NCBI GenBank assembly: GCA_003141955.1
Contig: PLOC01000035.1
Span: forward strand, 25,116 to 89,115
Direction: 5' to 3'
Origin: Chloroflexota bacterium
GTDB lineage: Bacteria > Chloroflexota > Limnocylindria > Limnocylindrales > CSP1-4
DNA length: 64,000 bases
The notes under the pieces are model-generated. The model saw only the letters and a list, made by a program, of their open reading frames with translations, did not search any database and was not told the DNA's origin. Shown one piece after another: positions 61,945-64,000 of this stretch. Numbering within the stretch: position 1 is the stretch's first letter; each line of letters starts with the position of its first letter. The translations under genes and the position numbers were made by a program.

Positions 61945-61967
61945 ATGCGCCGCCCGACCGGCGATCG

Positions 61968-62729
61968 TCACCGGGTTCGATCGCGGTCCGGGGAACCGCC
62001 GAAGAGCCGAATCGAGGCGGCGCCCGCCTCCTGCTGCTCCTTCGTTATCAGGCGGCGCCGATCCATGGTGCTGTTGTGGGCGTACTCGGCGAGCGTCTTC
62101 TGCAGCGCCTCGAGCCGGGCGAGCTGCGCGGCGAGGATCCCGCTCCAGCGCGCCTGCAGGTCCTTTGGGCCCGCCGCCGCAGCCGCCCACAACACGCAGA
62201 GGTCGCTCAGGCACAGCTCGCCCGCTCCCAGGGCCGCCGACCAGGCCGGATCGTCGGAGAGCGCCAGAAGCCGATCGACGGCCGTCCGCGAGGCTTCGGA
62301 AACGCGGGCGCAGACGGGGCATCTCGGGTCGGCCAGGTCCGCCAGCCCGCGCCCTTGCGCCGCGGCGTCCGCGCCGAACAGCTTCTTGAGCGCCCCCAGG
62401 CGTCGCCGCAGCACCGCGTCCAGCAGCACCGCCGTCGCCAGCTGGCTGCTCGTCTGCAGGAGCTCCATCTTCGAGAGGCCGACGCTGTGGGGTTGGCAGA
62501 AGCCCAGGCCCCTGTCCATCTCGGCCCGGAGTCCCCGGTCGGTGGCCCCTTCGCGCGCCAGGCCACGGAGAGCGGCGAAGGCGGACTCCTGGCGAGCGTC
62601 GCAGACGGGGCAGCGGCCGCGCTCCAGCGCCTCGGCCAGGCGGATCTCCTCGAAATCGCGGGCGGGCAGCTTGGCCGGCTGTCCGCTCATCGGATCACTG
62701 TCTTTGCGCTCGGCCGCGTCATTGGCCAA
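61968..62729 (-). CDS. Hypothetical protein with two CPVC motifs (resembles an uncharacterised double-CxxC family, possibly DUF6062)
   Basis: RCPVCDARQES...GLGFCQPH... and RCPVCARVSEAS...LCLSDL.... The start may instead be ATG 62690. Last gene of the ABC-2 operon. Confidence 0.65.
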   Translation of the reverse strand: MANDAAERKDSDPMSGQPAKLPARDFEEIRLAEALERGRCPVCDARQESAFAALRGLAREGATDRGLRAEMDRGLGFCQPHSVGLSKMELLQTSSQLATAVLLDAVLRRRLGALKKLFGADAAAQGRGLADLADPRCPVCARVSEASRTAVDRLLALSDDPAWSAALGAGELCLSDLCVLWAAAAAGPKDLQARWSGILAAQLARLEALQKTLAEYAHNSTMDRRRLITKEQQEAGAASIRLFGGSPDRDRTR

Positions 62730-62753
62730 GCCTAGCGCCCCCGCGGTCGCCCA

Positions 62754-63488
62754 TCAGGCACGCCGCGTCATCGCCGCGTACGTCACCAGGAACCCGAGCA
62801 CGCACCACACGGCCAGAGTCAGGAACGCGCCGGGCGGCAGCGGGAACTCGTTCGGAGCGATCGTGCCGCGGGTCACCTCGCCCATGGCCTGGATCGGCAG
62901 CAGCCTGTGGATCGTTTCCAGCCAGGCCGGCAGCTTGTCCGGCAGGAAGGTCAGCGGCGAGAACATGAACACGAAGACGACGATCGCCTGGGTGATGATG
63001 ACGGTGAGCATGTAGGGCAGGACCGAGGCGAGGGCGTAGCCGACGCAGGTCGCGGTGAGGGCCACCATCAGAACGGCCGGGATGACGAGCGGGCTGACCT
63101 GCAGATCCAGGCCGAATCGCCAGGCCCCGACGAGCACGCCCAGGACCACGCCCGGGACGACGATGGCGAGCCAGACGGTGAGATCGGCGACCAGGTAGGA
63201 GAGACGCGGCACCGGCAGCGAGCGCATGTACGCCAGGCTGCCTTCGCTCCTCGCCTCGCCCACGGTCTGGGGCAGGGCGACGAGTCCTACCGAGATCATC
63301 GAAATCGCGGGCGCGCCGGTGGCGATCAGGTAGATCGTCGTCCGATCCAGCGTCGGGAAGAGAAGCGGATAGCCGAGCACGATGCCGAGCGAGAAGAGAG
63401 TCTGGACCGCCATCATCAGCGGCAGGTAGGCCTTCTTGCGCAGGGCCTGCCAGGTCACGAGCAACCGGTAGCTACGCAGCGCTTGCAT
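62754..63488 (-). CDS. ABC-2 type transporter permease
   Basis: Internal ATG of ORF 62754..63656 (MQALRSYRLLVTWQALRKK...). Six TM helices. Overlaps the ATPase stop by 17 nt. Confidence 0.8.
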   Translation of the reverse strand: MQALRSYRLLVTWQALRKKAYLPLMMAVQTLFSLGIVLGYPLLFPTLDRTTIYLIATGAPAISMISVGLVALPQTVGEARSEGSLAYMRSLPVPRLSYLVADLTVWLAIVVPGVVLGVLVGAWRFGLDLQVSPLVIPAVLMVALTATCVGYALASVLPYMLTVIITQAIVVFVFMFSPLTFLPDKLPAWLETIHRLLPIQAMGEVTRGTIAPNEFPLPPGAFLTLAVWCVLGFLVTYAAMTRRA

Positions 63489-64000
63489 CGAAGCTCTCCT
63501 CCATCTCGGCGGGCCGGACCTCCAGGCCACCGACCATCGCCACGTATACGTCCTCCAGGGTTGCCGGTCCGAGCGTGAACTCCTCCACGACGCCGGCCCG
63601 CTGCAGAGATTCGGCCCAGCCCACGGCCGGGCCCGCGGCGTCCATCGGGACGCCAACGATGAGCCGGTTGCCGACCGGCACGACCGACTGACCGAACGGC
63701 GAGACCGGCAGCTCCGTCGCCCTCGGGTCGACCACCAGCTCCAGCCGGAGCTCAGCGCCCAGCCCCGCCTTGAGCTCTGCCGGCGTCCCCTCGGCGACCA
63801 CTCGGCCGGCGTCCAGGATCGCGAGGCGATCCACCGAACGCTCCGCCTCGACGACGTTGTGCGTCACCAGCAGCACGGCCGCGCCCTCATCCGCGAGAGA
63901 CCGCACCTGCTGCCACAGCAGCCGGCGGCGGATGGGGTCGACGTCGTTGGTCGGCTCGTCGAGCATGACCAGGCGGCCGGGCGTGACCGCGGCCATGGCG
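63472..64000 (-). CDS. ABC transporter ATP-binding protein (5' end outside the window)
   Basis: Walker B LVMLDEPTNDVD, H-loop VLLVTHN, and a C-terminal accessory domain. The reading frame is open to the window edge. Confidence 0.9.
   Translation of the reverse strand, partial: AMAAVTPGRLVMLDEPTNDVDPIRRRLLWQQVRSLADEGAAVLLVTHNVVEAERSVDRLAILDAGRVVAEGTPAELKAGLGAELRLELVVDPRATELPVSPFGQSVVPVGNRLIVGVPMDAAGPAVGWAESLQRAGVVEEFTLGPATLEDVYVAMVGGLEVRPAEMEESFDASAA

Overview
High-GC bacterial chromosomal segment (GC not computed, taxon not assignable from this window). It is gene-dense, mostly core housekeeping, with no transposase, integrase, CRISPR array or rRNA. Many ORF-track entries are stop-poor antisense shadows or over-extended 5' ends; I re-derived starts from homology-style N-termini, SD motifs and ATGA/GTGA start-stop overlaps. 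Left to right: a partial Rossmann oxidoreductase with a His-rich tail, acnA, an aldo-keto reductase, and a small ORF coupled to a FIST sensor. Then YciI plus a decayed YciI fragment, an iorA-iorB-paaK-ACT arylpyruvate/arylacetate cluster, and a translationally coupled NUDIX-MoxR-DUF58-DUF4129-unknown operon, followed by tRNA-Val(CAC). A complete minus-strand dcw cluster follows: mraZ-rsmH-(66 aa ORF)-ftsL-ftsI-murF-mraY-murD-ftsW-murG-murB-ddl-ftsQ-ftsA-yjbQ-ftsZ-yggS-yggU. It has a recognisable Pmra promoter and phased MraZ boxes. Next come a MIase-like protein, a degenerate hemerythrin, an orphan MCP, a LysM protein, RNase P RNA, GNAT, PPK2 and RNase H. TCA and propionate genes follow: sdhCDAB, icd, sucCD, methylmalonyl-CoA epimerase and the mutase large subunit. 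After them sits a 450-bp spacer with a DnaA-box pair, then parAB, UbiA/PlsC, an HTH-fused MNT plus HEPN pair and tag. The window ends with a roughly 500-nt non-coding stretch, apbE bracketed by a 48-51 nt repeat, and an ABC-2 exporter with a double-CPxC protein. No demonstrably novel system can be proven from sequence alone. The best candidates for under-described biology are the five-gene NUDIX-MoxR operon ending in a degenerate pyrophosphatase-like/PH-like protein, the repeat-bracketed apbE region with its long non-coding leader, the ABC-2 plus double-CPxC operon, the HTH-MNT/HEPN pair, and the extra genes (yjbQ, 66-aa ORF) embedded in the dcw cluster.
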